Shown here: in pieces, positions 1 to 58,536 of the stretch
Position numbering within the stretch: position 1 is the stretch's first letter
Layout of the letters: the number at the start of each line of letters is the position of its first letter
NCBI GenBank assembly: GCA_951406725.2
Contig: OX597826.1
Coordinates: 76,198,001 to 76,262,000 of the forward strand
Direction of reading: 5' to 3'
Length of the DNA stretch: 64,000 nt
DNA from: Octopus vulgaris
Lineage: Eukaryota
Position numbers and translations under genes: made by a program
The notes under the pieces: model-generated
What the model was told of the DNA's origin: nothing
Database searches by the model: none
Seen by the model: only the letters and a program-made list of their open reading frames with translations

Positions 1-124
1 GTGTGTTTATGTTCCCGTAACTTAGCGGTTCGGCAAAAGAGACCGATAGAATAAGTACTAGGCTTACAAAGAATAAGTCCTAGGAGCGGGGTGCAAAAAT
101 CGATTGTCAACCGATGGTGGAGTA

Positions 125-201
<77 letters not shown>

Positions 202-629
202 GTATTAACAGTAATAATGAGTATGAAAATTCACAAGACTTATTTGCAGCATATTGCAATGCCCTAGACGTGTTTTCACTGCACCGACTGCACATTGTCG
301 CCGATACAACCTTGCAGTATTATCTGTGCAGTTTCATAAAGCTCTGTCCATTTGGGTTTTTTCGAAGTGAAGGGGGTTGAAGTAAATATTTCTCAGTTCG
401 TGCCCTGTGCGAAGTAGGTGTGTTATTATCAGTATATATGATGCTTACCTTAATTTCACCTGTACGCTGCCTGAAGCTGGGCTCGGTCCTAAAATAGGTG
501 ATGGTTGAAGTTTTTTGCTCTTCGTTCGTCTTAGTAGCTGTGTGTGTGTTTGTTCGACGCACTAACGATTTCACAAAATAATAATGGTTTGTAATATTAA
601 CACGATGCTTCCGATGTAGAGGATGGGGC

Positions 630-910
630 TACTACTTGAGAACAGTGGTTCCGGTGCGCGCACTCGCGTAGTCGCGCATCCGCGCTAGCTAGTCGTGACT
701 AGTCGATCCTACAACGACTCCTTAGCAAAGTAAATAAAACACCAAATAAATATTTTTTTTTTTACACAAAGTAAATAATTTTTGTTAAACCGGGTTCAGT
801 CCCACTGCGTGGCACCTTGGGCAAGTGTCTTCTACTATAGCCTCGGGCCGACCAAAGCCTTGTGAGTGGATTTGGTAGACGGAAACTGAAAGAAGCCTGT
901 CGTATATATG

Positions 911-943
<33 letters not shown>

Positions 944-1256
944 CTGTGTTTGTCTCCCTAGCATTGCTTGACAACCGATGCTGGTGTGTTTGCGTCCCCG
1001 TAACTTAGCGGTTCGACAAAAGAGACCGATAGAATAAGTACTGGGCTTACAAAGAATAAGTCCTGGGGTCGATTTGCTCGATTAAAGGCGGTGCTCCAGC
1101 ATGGCCGCAGTCAAATGACTGAAACAAGTAAAAGAGTAAAAGAGTAAAGTAAGTAAAACACAAAAACACAAAGTAAGGATCGATTAGTCATTACTAGCTA
1201 GCACGGATGCGCGAGTACACGAGTGCGCGCACCGGGACCACTGTTCTCTAGTAGTA
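630..1256. mobile_element. MITE-like element with ~80 bp CpG-rich terminal inverted repeats, interrupted by a SINE
   Basis: 630-711 (tactacttgagaacagtggttccggtgcgcgcactcg...) is the near reverse complement of 1177-1256. Confidence 0.75.
788..1150 (+). mobile_element. tRNA-derived SINE, family 1 (5'-truncated)
   Basis: ccgggttcagtcccactgcgtggcaccttgggcaag... body, internal (TA/TG)n, (aaagagt)n tail; many copies in the window. Confidence 0.85.
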
Positions 1257-1324
1257 CCAGGGATGGGTTGATCTGTGCCGTGTTTTATATATAAAGCTAC
1301 ACACATCCACCTTACTTCAGGTGC

Positions 1325-1409
<85 letters not shown>

Positions 1410-1623
1410 TGCGTGTGCGTGCGTGTGTGTGTGTGCGCACGCATAGAGGGATTTCAACTACATATATATAAAGTGACAGAGGTAAACACAGCCAAGTAAT
1501 TCATTAACTCATTCTAGACAGACTCAGATATACATTACAGGTTTTGGGATTATAAATATCATTTCTAATGTTGTACATATGTACTCGCACGCACGCACAC
1601 ACATACACACACACACACACACA

Positions 1624-1668
<45 letters not shown>

Positions 1669-1812
1669 GTGCGGGTGTGTGTGTGTGTGTGTGTGCGTAA
1701 GTTTGATATATCTCCAAAATGTTTGGCTGCTGGTTGGCTGGAATTGAAGCGCTTAATAGTTTGTCAGAATCAAAACTATTCCAGAAGTCACCAAGTTACC
1801 TTACGGTTCGCA

Positions 1813-25893
<24,081 letters not shown>

Positions 25894-27539
25894 GATCGAC
25901 GAGTAATCAGTTTGTGATGAGAATTTTATGATGAGAATATTTTAATTCAGATTTTTAACATTCGCATTAAACCATACATTTTTGTTATTTTCATGTAAAT
26001 AGAAAGGATGTATTTGATAACGGACACATTACTGAGATTTTGTATCGATGTATCGATCCCGCCGGGATAGATGAATTAAGATTAGAAAAGAAAAAGAAAT
26101 GAACAAAGCAGCGAAATGAAATTTATAATTATGGGATTTGTGACTGGAAACTTAAGAAACCATGTTTAAACACCTCAAGACATATAGTTCAACAATCTAC
26201 CGTTTATATCTGAATAAGTCTAAACTAACAAAAAGGAAAAAAAAAACCCCAACAAAACAAAAACAAAACAGCTTCCATGGCATTGAACAAGAGTTCGATT
26301 TTTATCTATAGGACACCTACTGTATGAGACGACAGTCTGTTACTGGCATACATCCAGATGATATCCTACAACATATTCTGGACAGTGAAATGAGCCAAAC
26401 AAAGACGAAATTTTAGGTAAACGAAGTTAGGTAGACTAGATTAATTTATCATGTGGAATCTCCCTCCTGTGTTTATAAAAATACTCTGAACCCTAAAGAA
26501 GTAAGATGAAGATTCCTGCCTCGAGGAATAGAAAAGATAAAATGAGGGTTCGTCGAACGTTACTACAAGTTTGATTGCCAAAACCAGAACATAACGTTTT
26601 CTACTTTTGTGTTTCACCAGTGATTAAGGAAAGGAGAGAATATGGTGACGTGTACAACGTAAACTACAATATTACTTTCTCACTCTACCTCACTATTTGA
26701 TGAAAGACAAACTTAGCTTCTTCACACCTAAAATCATCGAACATTTCTGTCATATTCAGTCTTGTTAATAAAACTTTTCTTTTCAATTTTCTGCATACCT
26801 GAAAACATATGAAATCAATTCTTTCCTTTTCGTCCGTAAGATTAAGTAAAAGTTTCATCTCGATTAAATACTGCGGTTCACAAAGAGAATGCAACCGTTC
26901 TCGGAGATACAACAAGGTAGGGCCTCTATGTGTTGGCTCAATTTGCCAAAAATAGCAACCAAATCTCCCTGCTAAATGAAGGACACATTGGAAAATGTAG
27001 TCGAAGATGTACAAAATGTGCGATGGTCATGTGTAGAACGTCTTTTATCATGCATATGTTACTTTAGAGCAGATTTTCGGATTAAACAAGAAAAACGCCA
27101 CTATATAGAGCGTGTCATGGTTGTCACAACGTGTGGAGGATTATCTGTATATATTTATATGTTTACAGTCGGTTTTTATCTGATTCGTGGTGCAAACGAT
27201 TACTGGTCAACAAAGCCAGCAACAACCAATTAACGACAACAGCAGTCACAACAACAGTAACAACAAAAATAGCGGTTAAGAATTTCCAATAACAACGAAA
27301 CCGTTACTAAATATTTAACACAAACACTTTTAAAATGAACAAGAACGACATGAGCAACAGAGAAAGTCTTTATTCAGAAATAACACCAACATTGATTTAG
27401 GAGTGTATGAAATTATAACATCATTGATTGCAGAGTCATAAATATCTGTGAAAAAGTGAAACTGGTGGAAAGCGTAAACATTCCATTTTTATTCCAAGTT
27501 TACCATAAACATTTTAGTACATTTTCTTTATTCTGTTAT

Positions 27540-28107
<568 letters not shown>

Positions 28108-28324
28108 TTGTATTCAGCATAATTTAACACTTCAGTATTGTTTTACGTGCCACCGGCATGGGAGCCAGCCAGGAGGCACTGGCATCGGACGCCGGAGAAT
28201 GGTTGTGAAGACAGTTTTAGAAAATCGAGTAAAATATCCCTACAGACAGAAAACAAATGTGGCCTGCATCTACGACATTAAATCGCAGTCTGTACCTCGC
28301 AGATTCCGACTGAGCGCTGTGTAC

Positions 28325-28575
28325 CTATTTGTTTACTACACACAAGGGGCTAAACACAGAAGGAACAAACAAGGACAGACAAACGGATTAAGTCGATTAT
28401 ATCAACCCCAGTGGTACTTAATTTATCGACCCCAGTGGTACTTAATTCATCGACCCCGAAAGAATGAAAGGCAAAGTCGACCTCGGCGGAATTTGAACTC
28501 AGAACGTAACGGCAGACGAAATACGGCTACGCATTTCGCCCGGCGTGCTAACGGTTCTGCCTTTTCACCGCCATA
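28325..28575 (-). mobile_element. SINE family 2
   Basis: Reverse complement of the family 2 consensus. Confidence 0.8.
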
Positions 28576-28928
28576 GCGCTGTGTGCCATTTAGTCACACG
28601 ACTACTGAGAGGGGAGTCTGTCCTTTATAGATTCAAATATGAGCTTCAGTCTTCAATGTTTATTGATAAAAAAAAAATGTTCTCACATTTGAAAAGCTAA
28701 TAAACAGTGTTATAAACGGCGAACCCTGTTTTAGCTCAGTCATGCAGAGCGCACAACCGAAGTCTGAGACTTACAAAGTTCAATTCTCTGTAGTGGTCGC
28801 TGCTCACTTTCTTTCCGCTTATTTAGGCTATTTTACCCGATATCCTAAAGCTATTTTCACAGCTATTCACTTGCGTCTAAGATTTTTCTTTATTTCTAAA
28901 AATATTTCAACCCTCACTTAACGCCTCA

Positions 28929-29075
<147 letters not shown>

Positions 29076-29249
29076 GGGGTTGGACGAAATAATGGAAACA
29101 CCTTAAAATTACAAACAAATATATTTTAATATGTGGTAGGACCGCCTTTGACAGGAAGTACAGCTTGAATTCTATGAGGTATAGACTCGTACAAAGTCTG
29201 AATTGTTTCTAAAGGAATTTTTGTCCATTCTTCAGTTAAAACAGTATTT

Positions 29250-29690
29250 GCCCAGGCCATCTCTAACTTAATAGCACCACCTGGTAAACTCATTCAAATC
29301 AGGAACCGGACAACATGGCCTACTCTAGGTGAGAGTTATTGTTTATGGAGACGTATCCGCGTGTAGGAGGTTTATCCAGAATTTCTTGAAGGAATTTATC
29401 CAAAGACTACTTGAAATTTATGGGGCCTGTTTCTGCTGTAATGTGTTTTGCTGTAATGTTAAAGAGAGCGGAAGGAAATTGATGTGAAATAATTGTACCG
29501 TATTGTTGTTATGTGATACGAGTATGATTTATGTCGCGGGCGGATAGCACGGAATCCAAGTCTTCGGAGTATCTTAAAGGCGATGCCAACATCATTTGGG
29601 CAACGCTGATGGAATATTTCCCACATCAGGCGACTTGCTCGAAACAGCAGCAAAATATCTCATAATTTATACGCTGTTGTTTTAAATATG
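29250..29690 (-). mobile_element. CR1-like LINE 3' fragment, next to a Tc1-like end at 29072
   Basis: PNDVGIAFKILRRLGFRAIRP resembles PNDLNISFKVHPRLGPRAIRP in ORF 63130-63936; shared 3' end ctaacttaatagcaccacctg. Confidence 0.7.
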
Positions 29691-29794
29691 ATATGAAACA
29701 TCTTTCATATCTTAGAAGCTTTCAAATGTTTGGTGAATCTTAAGTTCTTTTTATTTTCTTTGGAAACCTGAATTCAGTTTGATAGAATTTTCTT

Positions 29795-30525
29795 TAAATA
29801 AAAATGAACATTTCTGAAAGAAATGAAGCATATTTCTACATTTGTTCTTATTGTTGTTGTTTTCGTTGTTGTTGTTGTTATTGTTGCTTAACTCCAAATG
29901 TGCCCTGCTGGAGCAAACATGTTATCAAAGTTTACCCTGCAATCGCCACCTCCACCACTCACCACCACATCCCTCACATTATCATTGGTTTCAACACTTT
30001 CATCGTTACTACCGTGACCACGACCACCACCACTGAAACAACAACTTGACGGCCTGCGGCAGATGAATTATAATAATCAATCATTATGTTAGGAAATGGT
30101 GGATGCTCTGTGAGGGTAAAACATTATTCACTGGAGAAGACGAGGGATCTAATGTTGGTGGGTAACGGTAAACCCTACTAAAAAAATAGTTAGAGACATC
30201 GCCCTTGCGCACACATGCACTCGCACGCACACACACACACACGCACACACACACTCACGCACACACACACACACAATTAAGTAGAGAATCTAGTGGTGAT
30301 CTGCGACTCAGATAATTGCGAGTCTGAGGAGTTTATGAAGATCTGTGACGGCAACGACCCGTCTCTCTGACCAAATTAATACAAATGAATTAGAATTGAT
30401 CTGAGTGAGAGGAATTCTGTAATTGGTCTTTGACAGCCAAAAAGAATTAAAAGGAGGAAGAAATTATAAAATAAGATCTGATACTCACTCAATAAGTTCT
30501 GAGGTTTTGGCATTGGACAAAGCTC
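29795..30525 (+). repeat. Triplicated 3'-flank module, copy 1 (other copies 56805-57265 + and 58045-59215 -)
   Basis: aaataaaaatgaacatttctgaaagaaatgaagc... is near-identical in the three copies. Confidence 0.9.
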
Positions 30526-31844
30526 TCCTCTCAGCTGTAGAAATGAGTTGTGACATTAGTGGTGCCAAGCTGTATCGGCCCCTTTGCCTTTCCCTTGGAT
30601 AACATCGGTGGCGTGAAGAGGGGAGGTTGGTATGCACAGGTGGCTGTTGGTCTTCTATAAATAAACTTGCTCGACCTTGTACTTCGGAAGGTAACTTTCT
30701 AGGTGCAAGCCCAGGGTCATTCGTGACCGAAAGGGGTTCTTTACTCATTACAATTTATACATATATGTATACGTACATATATGTACGTGTGTAACTATCT
30801 GTGTGTGTGTGTGTGTCGTCAGCAATTGCAGGCCAAAATCACCCACTAACTACAGGAAATTAGAATTAACCCATCAAATCCCACCTTTTAACCGTGCTCT
30901 GCCATCGGAATGAGTTTATCCCGACACACTGAACGAATTTTCTTCAGTGAGAGGCTATCAGATTTATAGTGACAGGGACATAACTCTTCAAAACTATATG
31001 CTTCTCATTATCTTCCTTACATCATTCACTGGGAGATTATTATTATATTATATTATAGCCCTCGCCATATCGCGGTTCACCAATTGCGGTTCACCTACCG
31101 CGGTTTATTATTTAAGCTTACACCGATTCCTCCATGGTGTTGTTTTGCATTTATAATAAAATAAATATATACAAATTATAAACATAATAATATAAAAATA
31201 CTGTACAGAACTGTTTCTACTTCGCGGATTTTCACCTATCGCGGGTGGCTTTGGAACGTACCTTATTGACCCCCAGGAAGTTGAATGCCAAAATTGATCT
31301 ACACGGGGAGAAAACTCAGAACGTCAAATAACTTGAACAAAATCAGCGATGCATCTGCTAATTCGCTGCCACGCACTTCGGTCATTCCCTGTCATGGCGA
31401 TTTTAGTAATGAAATATTAGCGTAATGTAAAATAGAGGCACTTATTAAAAAATGGTACTGCCAAATCCCTGGAACAATCGAGACAAACCCTTCCAATATT
31501 ACTATGATTTATATTTTATTATTGTTGTTGTTGCTGTTGTTAAATATCTAGAAATATTAATTAATCGTCAAATTTTGTTACATGTATTTTTGTTTTGCTG
31601 TTCGATGAATATTAGCTGCTAATTTTAGCAGGTGCAGCCACCATATAGAGAATTAGCATCATCTTAGCTGTTTCTATCTATCTAATATGGTATTTCGAAT
31701 GCATTTCTTTCGAATATGTTTATTTCGTTGACTGATCCGTTCCGCTCATTACGATTTCATTAAAATAAATCAGGGAGCAGGGTTTATGTCTCATATTTTC
31801 CAATGTTTCCAGTTATTTGCATGATTGAGAAGGACCTGTGTATA

Positions 31845-32220
31845 GGAAACTTCCCCTATACTAAATAGGAAATATTCATAGAAGATATACCTCCAAACCC
31901 ACAGTTTACACAGGTAGAGTAGAATAGTTAGCGGGCTGTTATGTGGATAGATGTATGTATCTGTGTGTGTGTGGGTGTGAGTGTATGTGTGTATGCACAT
32001 GTATGTAAGCATATGGATATGAAAATAAACAGATCAACATACAGACGGATAGGTACATAGGTTATAGGAACGGACAAGCAGACATACGCAAATGGAGACT
32101 GAAACACATGACCATATACACAGACACACTCTACTCCACACAAGGACGTAGATGGGGACACGGGTCCACACATAAGGAAATGCACATCCATGCATACAAA
32201 CATGGTACATAGTTGCAAAA

Positions 32221-32308
<88 letters not shown>

Positions 32309-33604
32309 AAAAAAAAATATACAAACACGGACATGCAAGCACATGAATATGTAGAATACATACATACAGATGCACACACATACATATATACATATATACA
32401 CACATAAACACACGCATGCATATATACATACATACATACATATATACATACATGCATACATGCATGCATACATACATACATACATACATACATACATACG
32501 TACATACATGCAGACATACATGCATGCATACATACATACATACATACATACATACGTACATACATACATACATACATACATACATACATACATGCATGCA
32601 TGCATACATACATACATACATACATACATACACACATACATACATAAATACATACATACATACATACATACATACATACATACATACATACATACATACA
32701 TACATACATACATACATACATACATACATACATACATACATACATACATACATACATGCATACATACATACATACATACATACATACATACACACATACA
32801 TACATACATACATACATACATACATACATACATACATACATACATACATACATACATACATACATACATACATACATACATACATACATACATGCATGAA
32901 TACATACATACAAACATACATACATACATGCATACATACATACATACGTACATACACACATACATACATACATACATACATACATACATACATACATACA
33001 TACATACATACATACATACATACATACATACATACATAAATACATACATACATAAATACATACATACATACATACATACATACACACATACATACATACA
33101 TACATACATACATACATACATACATACATACATACATACATACATACATACATACATACATACATACATACATACATACATACGTACATACATACATACA
33201 TACATACATACATACATACATACATACATACATACATACATACATACATACATACATACATACATACATACATACATACATACATACATACATACATACA
33301 TACATACATACATACATACATACATACATACTTAGACACACAGACATACGCACAAACAAACAAAAGGGAACGCAGTGTAAATAACTGACAGAGTCAGTTA
33401 TTTACTGACTCTATTGAAAAGTTTGCAAGACGCAACGAAAATTTTAAGAAAATAAAAATAAGAAATAAATGGAAATTTTACCTGTGAGTGTGTTAAATTA
33501 TAAGGCACAAAAAGAAAATGACTCTCTCTAGACACAACGGAATATGCTTCAACACACGAACTCACAAAAAGAATCTTGCAAACCAAATCCAAAAACGAAA
33601 TGTG

Positions 33605-33652
<48 letters not shown>

Positions 33653-34083
33653 CGGCCGGCTTCTTTCAGTTTCCGTCCACTAAATCCACGAGCATGGCTT
33701 TTATTGACCCAAAGCTATAGTAGTAGACACTTTCCACCATGACACGCATCGGGAGTGAACCCGCAATCCTGTAGTTGGGAACACATGTGAACATATTAAA
33801 TGTTTTCCTGAATAACTTCTTAAAGCTTTCTACATTAAAATATCTAGAAACACTGGTTTAATTATGATAATTTATGCGAATGGCATCTCTGAGTAATTGA
33901 CTTCTGGGTTTTTTTTTTTTACTCAATATGCTAATTTTTACGATTATTTTTGTTCCGTATTTTACATTTGTTTAGTGATTCTTTCGTCAGTCGACAAATG
34001 CAGTTAATCTGTTCTTCGAAGGTTTAATAAGACTGAAACATGACACAAATTATCTCCCTTACTTGCAGAAATACTTTAATTAA
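31845..34083 (+). repeat. Left arm of a large inverted duplication (includes ~950 bp (TACA)n)
   Basis: 31845-32400 and 33925-34083 are reverse complements of 39170-39717 and 38819-38976. Confidence 0.88.
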
Positions 34084-34361
34084 TATTGGTAAGCTAGGTG
34101 TTCTGGAGAAGTAGAGAAATCGATTACATCGACCCCATTGTCTAACTGGTACTTATTTTATCAACTCCGAAAGAGATGAACGGCAAAGTCAATCTCGGCC
34201 GAATTGAAACAAAGAAAATAAAGTCGGAAGAAATGTCGCCAAGCACTTTATCCGGCAGCGTAATGATTCTCCCAGCTCACCGTTTTAATTCTTAAAATAC
34301 TTATTAGTCATTAAATAAATGTTGTCTTTTGATCACCGCGTAATTAGTTTTAATGGTTACT

Positions 34362-34945
34362 GGATTAAATACCGAAACACCAACCGAATTATGGTTTCTC
34401 ATGTTGCTGTCGCTAATGTGTTTGTGTGTTTTTGGTATTTGCCAGGGAAAGGCGGCGAGCTGGCAGAAACATTAGCACGCCGGGCGAAATGCTTTGCAGT
34501 ATTTCGTCCGCCGTTACGTTCTGAGTTCAAATTCCGCCGAGGTCGACTTTGCCTTTCATCCTTTCGGGGTCGATTAAATAAGTACCAGTTACGCACCACT
34601 GGGCCATTGCGCCTCCTGAACTAGATTAAATACCGAAACACCAACCGAATGATTGTTTTGCATGTCCGCTCATGTGTTGGTGTGTTCTGTGTTTTGCCCC
34701 TGAAAGGTGGCGAGCTGGCAGAAACGTTAGCACATCGGGCGAAATGGTTTGCGTATTTCGTCCGCCGTTGCGTTCTGAGTTCAAATTCCGCCGAGGTCGA
34801 CTTTGCCTTTCATCCTTTCGAGGTCGATGAATTAAGTACCAGTTATATATATATATATAATCGACTTAATCCGTCTGTCTGTGCTTGTTTGTCTCCTGTG
34901 TTTAGCCCCTTGTGGGTAATAAAGAAATAGGTATTTGCCAGGGAA
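34362..34945 (+). mobile_element. Two SINE family 2 copies in a local tandem duplication
   Basis: gattaaataccgaaacaccaaccgaat precedes both copies (34362 and 34624). Confidence 0.75.
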
Positions 34946-35270
34946 TGTTGTATTTCCTAATCTCTTTCTTTCTTTCTTTCTTTCTTTCTCGTTTTCTTTT
35001 TCTTTTTCCTCATTTTGTGATTTTGTTTTGTATTTTTTTTCATTCATAATTTTAGAATATTTTAAAATTTGAAAATAAGTCTTTAAGCGAAATTGATGTA
35101 AAACGTAGCTAATTCTCGACATAAGTAAAAATCCCACACACGGGGGGGGGGGGGCGAGAATCGAACTACGCCTCCGCCGAAAGTCGGACATCGCTCTGTC
35201 TATCTCTATTCGCCCCCCTCTCTCTCTGTTTCTGTCTCTTTTCTCCTCTCTCACTCCCTCTCTGTTTCTT

Positions 35271-35309
<39 letters not shown>

Positions 35310-36154
35310 CCATTCACACTCGCGCTCTCCCTCTCACACCGTGACTATTAATTCCCAGGCACAGAAATATTTGATAATATGTGCTAATGGAACGTTAATT
35401 AATTTCTAATGAATAAGATCTCTTGTTAATTTATTCCTCATCAGCAACTCGTTATCATCTTAAACAGGGCCATAGTAAAGGTACTTTACTCGCCAGTTTC
35501 CGGGGAGGGAAAAATTACACTGAAGATATACAGCGATACAAGAACATACACATATACACACATGAACACACACTCATAAACGTATACGTATATTCATATG
35601 TATTATAGTTGGTAGAGGAGAATCAGATATTCTCCGCAGAGAATTCACTCAGTAGTGCTCAAGAGAATTAAGCTTGAGCGGATAGAGAAGTAAAATTTAG
35701 GGATAAGCGAGTTGGAAACAGCTGTGGGGATTTGTAATACTTTTCGTCAACCCCTTTTTTTCATAACTAGCAGAACCTCGTAAGAAGTAATTGCCCAAAC
35801 GAGGGTTAATCTGCTAGCTAATCGTAGGGCGAAAGATACCTTACTCAAATGAAGTTAACATTGTCGTCAAGAGATCCCATGTTGACTGGGAGGAGATTCG
35901 ACTGAAAATGCGTGGAAAGCACAGAGTGAGAGAAGAAGAAGAAGAAGAAGGAAAGCGTGTCTGCGAAGAGATAATCTATGGAAGTGGGGAAATGTCTGAA
36001 CTTGTTAAGGAAAAGAATAAGAATAGGAAAAGGAAGAAGAAAGAGTGAGGGGAGAGGACTAGGGAGAAAGGGCCCGGTGTTGATGAAGGGAATGTCTTTG
36101 TGAATTTAGGGTGGGGGTCATTTAATGAGTCTACAGTAGAATGAATAAGTAAAT

Positions 36155-36213
<59 letters not shown>

Positions 36214-36347
36214 TAGAGAGACAGACAGATTGACAGTCAGACTGAGAGACATACATATATACATACATACAGACAGATAGACAGATAGACAGACAGACAG
36301 ATAGATAGACAGGTAGATAGATAGATAGATATATAGGTAGATAGATA

Positions 36348-36382
<35 letters not shown>

Positions 36383-36635
36383 GTGGATAGACAGACAAAG
36401 AGATAGACAGACAGACACACAGAGAGGCAGACAGATTGTCAGTCACACTGAGACATACAGACTGACAGACAGACAGACAGCTATATCACTAGTTTACGTG
36501 TCTGTTCCTAAGAGAAAGCTATTAAGGTATCGGCTGGGCTGTCATTTTGATAAACTCGATGCAGGTCAAGGTTTTCTGAAGCCGATATCAATATAAAGAA
36601 GCTCGCCTCTCGATTCTTCTAAGCAAATCTCAAAG

Positions 36636-55916
<19,281 letters not shown>

Positions 55917-56434
55917 AATAGACACTGTGCGTTTGTGTGTGTGCGTGTGTGTGCTTGTCCATTTGCACAAGTTTGTGTGTCTATGTATGCATGTATGTAT
56001 GTATGTATGTATGTATGTATGTATGTATGTATGTATGTATGTATGTATGTATGTATGTATGTATGTATGTATGTATGTATGTATGTATGTGTGTATGTAT
56101 GTATGTATGTATGTATGTATGTATGTATGTATGTGTGCATGTATGTATGTATGTATGTATGTATGTATGTATGCATGTATGTATGTATGTATGTATGTAT
56201 GTATGTATGTATGTATGTATGTATGTATGTATGTATGTATGTATGTATGTATGTGTGTGTATGCATGTATGTATGTATGTATGTATGTATGTGTGTATGT
56301 ATGTATGTGTGTGTGTATGTATGTATGTATGTATGTATGTATGTATGTATGTATGTGTGTATGTATGTATGTATGTGAGTGTGTACCTTTGTATGAATTT
56401 CTCTTTCCGCATAATGCTTGTAAGCATAACATGA

Positions 56435-56440
56435 AATAAA
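56435..56440 (+). promoter_or_regulatory. Candidate polyadenylation signal of gene B (mirrored for gene C at 62240-62245, - strand)
   Basis: AATAAA about 520 nt after the stop, followed by a GT-rich tract; kept in both duplicates. Confidence 0.45.
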
Positions 56441-57266
56441 CTCTGTATATACCGATTGCTGTGTTCTGTTCGTATATTTAAGCGCATAACATACTTATAC
56501 ATGAATACATACATACATGCATACATACATACATACATACATACAAACATACATACATACATACATACATACATACATACATACATACATACATACATAC
56601 ATACATACCACTACACAAGACCATACCACTACAATCCAAGAAATTGCCACTGGTGAACAAGAGAGGCAGTGACGCTCTCGCAGTCCCAAGTTGCATTCGC
56701 ATGTGCAGGCTATGTTATGTTTCTGTGGAAGACATTACGCATGTGATTAGCAGCCGTCCTTAAATGTCGTCAAATTGTGGCGAAAGAATAAAGCAAGGTT
56801 CCTTAAATAAAAATGAACATTTCTGAAAGAAATGAAGCATATTTCTACATTTGTTCTTATTGTTGTTGTTTTCGTTGTTGTTGTTGTTGTTATTGTTGCT
56901 TAACTCCAAATGTGCCCTGCTGCAGCAAACATGTTATCAAAGTTTACCCTGCAATCGCCACCGCCACTGCCACTACTCACCACCACATCCCTCACATTAT
57001 CATTGGTTGCAACACTTTCAGCGTTACTACCGTGACCACGACCACCACCACTGAAACAACAGCAACAACAACAACTTGACGGCCTGCGGCAGACGAATTA
57101 TAATAATCAATCATTATGTTAGGAAATGGTGGATGCTCTGTGAGGGTAAAACATTATTCACCGGAGAAGACGAGGGATCTAATGTTGGCGGGTAACGGTA
57201 AACCCTACTAAAAAATAGTTGGAGACATCGCCCTTGCGCACACATGCACTCGCACACACACACACA

Positions 57267-57425
57267 CATCATCATCATCATGATTATGATGATGATGGTG
57301 GTGGTGATGATGATGATGATGAAGATGATGATGATGACGATGATGATGATGATGATGATGGTGGTGATGATGATGATGTTGAAGATGGTGATGATGTCGA
57401 CGATGACGGCTCCGGCGGTGGTGAT
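57267..57425. repeat. (CAT)n/(GAT,GGT)n trinucleotide repeat
   Basis: Direct reading of the sequence. Confidence 0.9.
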
Positions 57426-58486
57426 ATTGACATAAATCTTGTTGCCCTCAATAATAATGTACGCATTTGATGAAATTACTAAAGGTTATCTGCTGTGAAT
57501 GTGAGGTTGAGCGAGTTCTTCAATGCTCCACAGTTAGAACCATCACGTATGGACGGTCAAGTGAACTTTTCTTTCAAAACAAATTGGCTGATTCATTATT
57601 TGACACCATCAACCTCGACCTCGTTATGTTCCTCAGAGTGATTATGATAATGAAATCATGACACTGATTACGAAAGACACTAATACGATTATTAGGACGA
57701 TGAAGGTGATGATCATGTGGACATAATCGTTTTGATAATGAAAGCATTTGCATAAATTTACACATATCAACATATTCCCCTTCTCAGATTCACACACTTA
57801 TCGTAGCGCTCCTTCAGTTTTTCTAAGCCCTGTAAAAGAACACAGAAGGTCTGATCTTCAACTAGGCCTTTCGTGACACCCTTAAAGCCAGGAGCTTTCA
57901 GCACCCTCTTGTACTGTTATGTTTATTTCCCTTGGTTCTTCTTTCCATCGATATCAGCGCTGAATATTTAAGGCTATTCTTGTACTTACCATTCATATCA
58001 GCGGCTGTAATACGATATGATATTCACCTTCATACTTGAGAAGAGAACTTTGCCCAATGCCAAAAACCTCAGAACTTATTGAGTGAGTATCAGATCTTAT
58101 TTTATAATTTTTTCCTTCTTTTAATTCTTTTTGGCTGTCAAAGACCATTGCAGAATTCCTCTTACTAAGATCAATTCTAATTCATTTTTATTAACTTGGT
58201 CAGAAAGACGGGTAACTAAGCGACGAGCGGCGAAGGCGGGCGAAATGCTTTGCGGCATTTCGTCTGCAGTTACGTTCTGAGTTCAAATTCCGCCGAGGTC
58301 GACTTTGCCTTAAATAAGTACCGTTTACGCACTGGGGTCGATATAAGCGACTTAATCCGTTTGTCTGTCCTTGTTTTTCCTCTGCCGTCACAGATCTTCA
58401 TAAACTCCTCAGACTCGCAATTATCTGAGTTTATTGATTTAACTCTTGTCTTCCGTCGCAGATCACCACTAGATTGTCTATTTAAT

Positions 58487-58536
<50 letters not shown>

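Noticed and set aside
29804-30049. Cys-rich [13 protein letters not shown]...CCC, and an overlapping signal-peptide-like His-rich frame, in the triplicated module
   Set aside because: The composition comes from (TGT)n and (CAC)n repeats. The His-rich frame has no ATG and copy 3 is interrupted by a SINE. Only expression data could rescue it.
31928-33363. Long ORFs of 320-465 aa (MYVC/HTYI repeats), and similar ones at 55787-56598, 59366-60025 and 61474-62381
   Set aside because: These are translations of (TACA)n, (CA)n and (TA)n microsatellites that lack stop codons.
57219-57470. Poly-Asp / poly-Met / poly-Ser ORFs resembling an acidic biomineralisation protein
   Set aside because: Simple (GAT)n repeat open in several frames; the poly-Asp frame starts at TTG, and there is no signal peptide or splice support.
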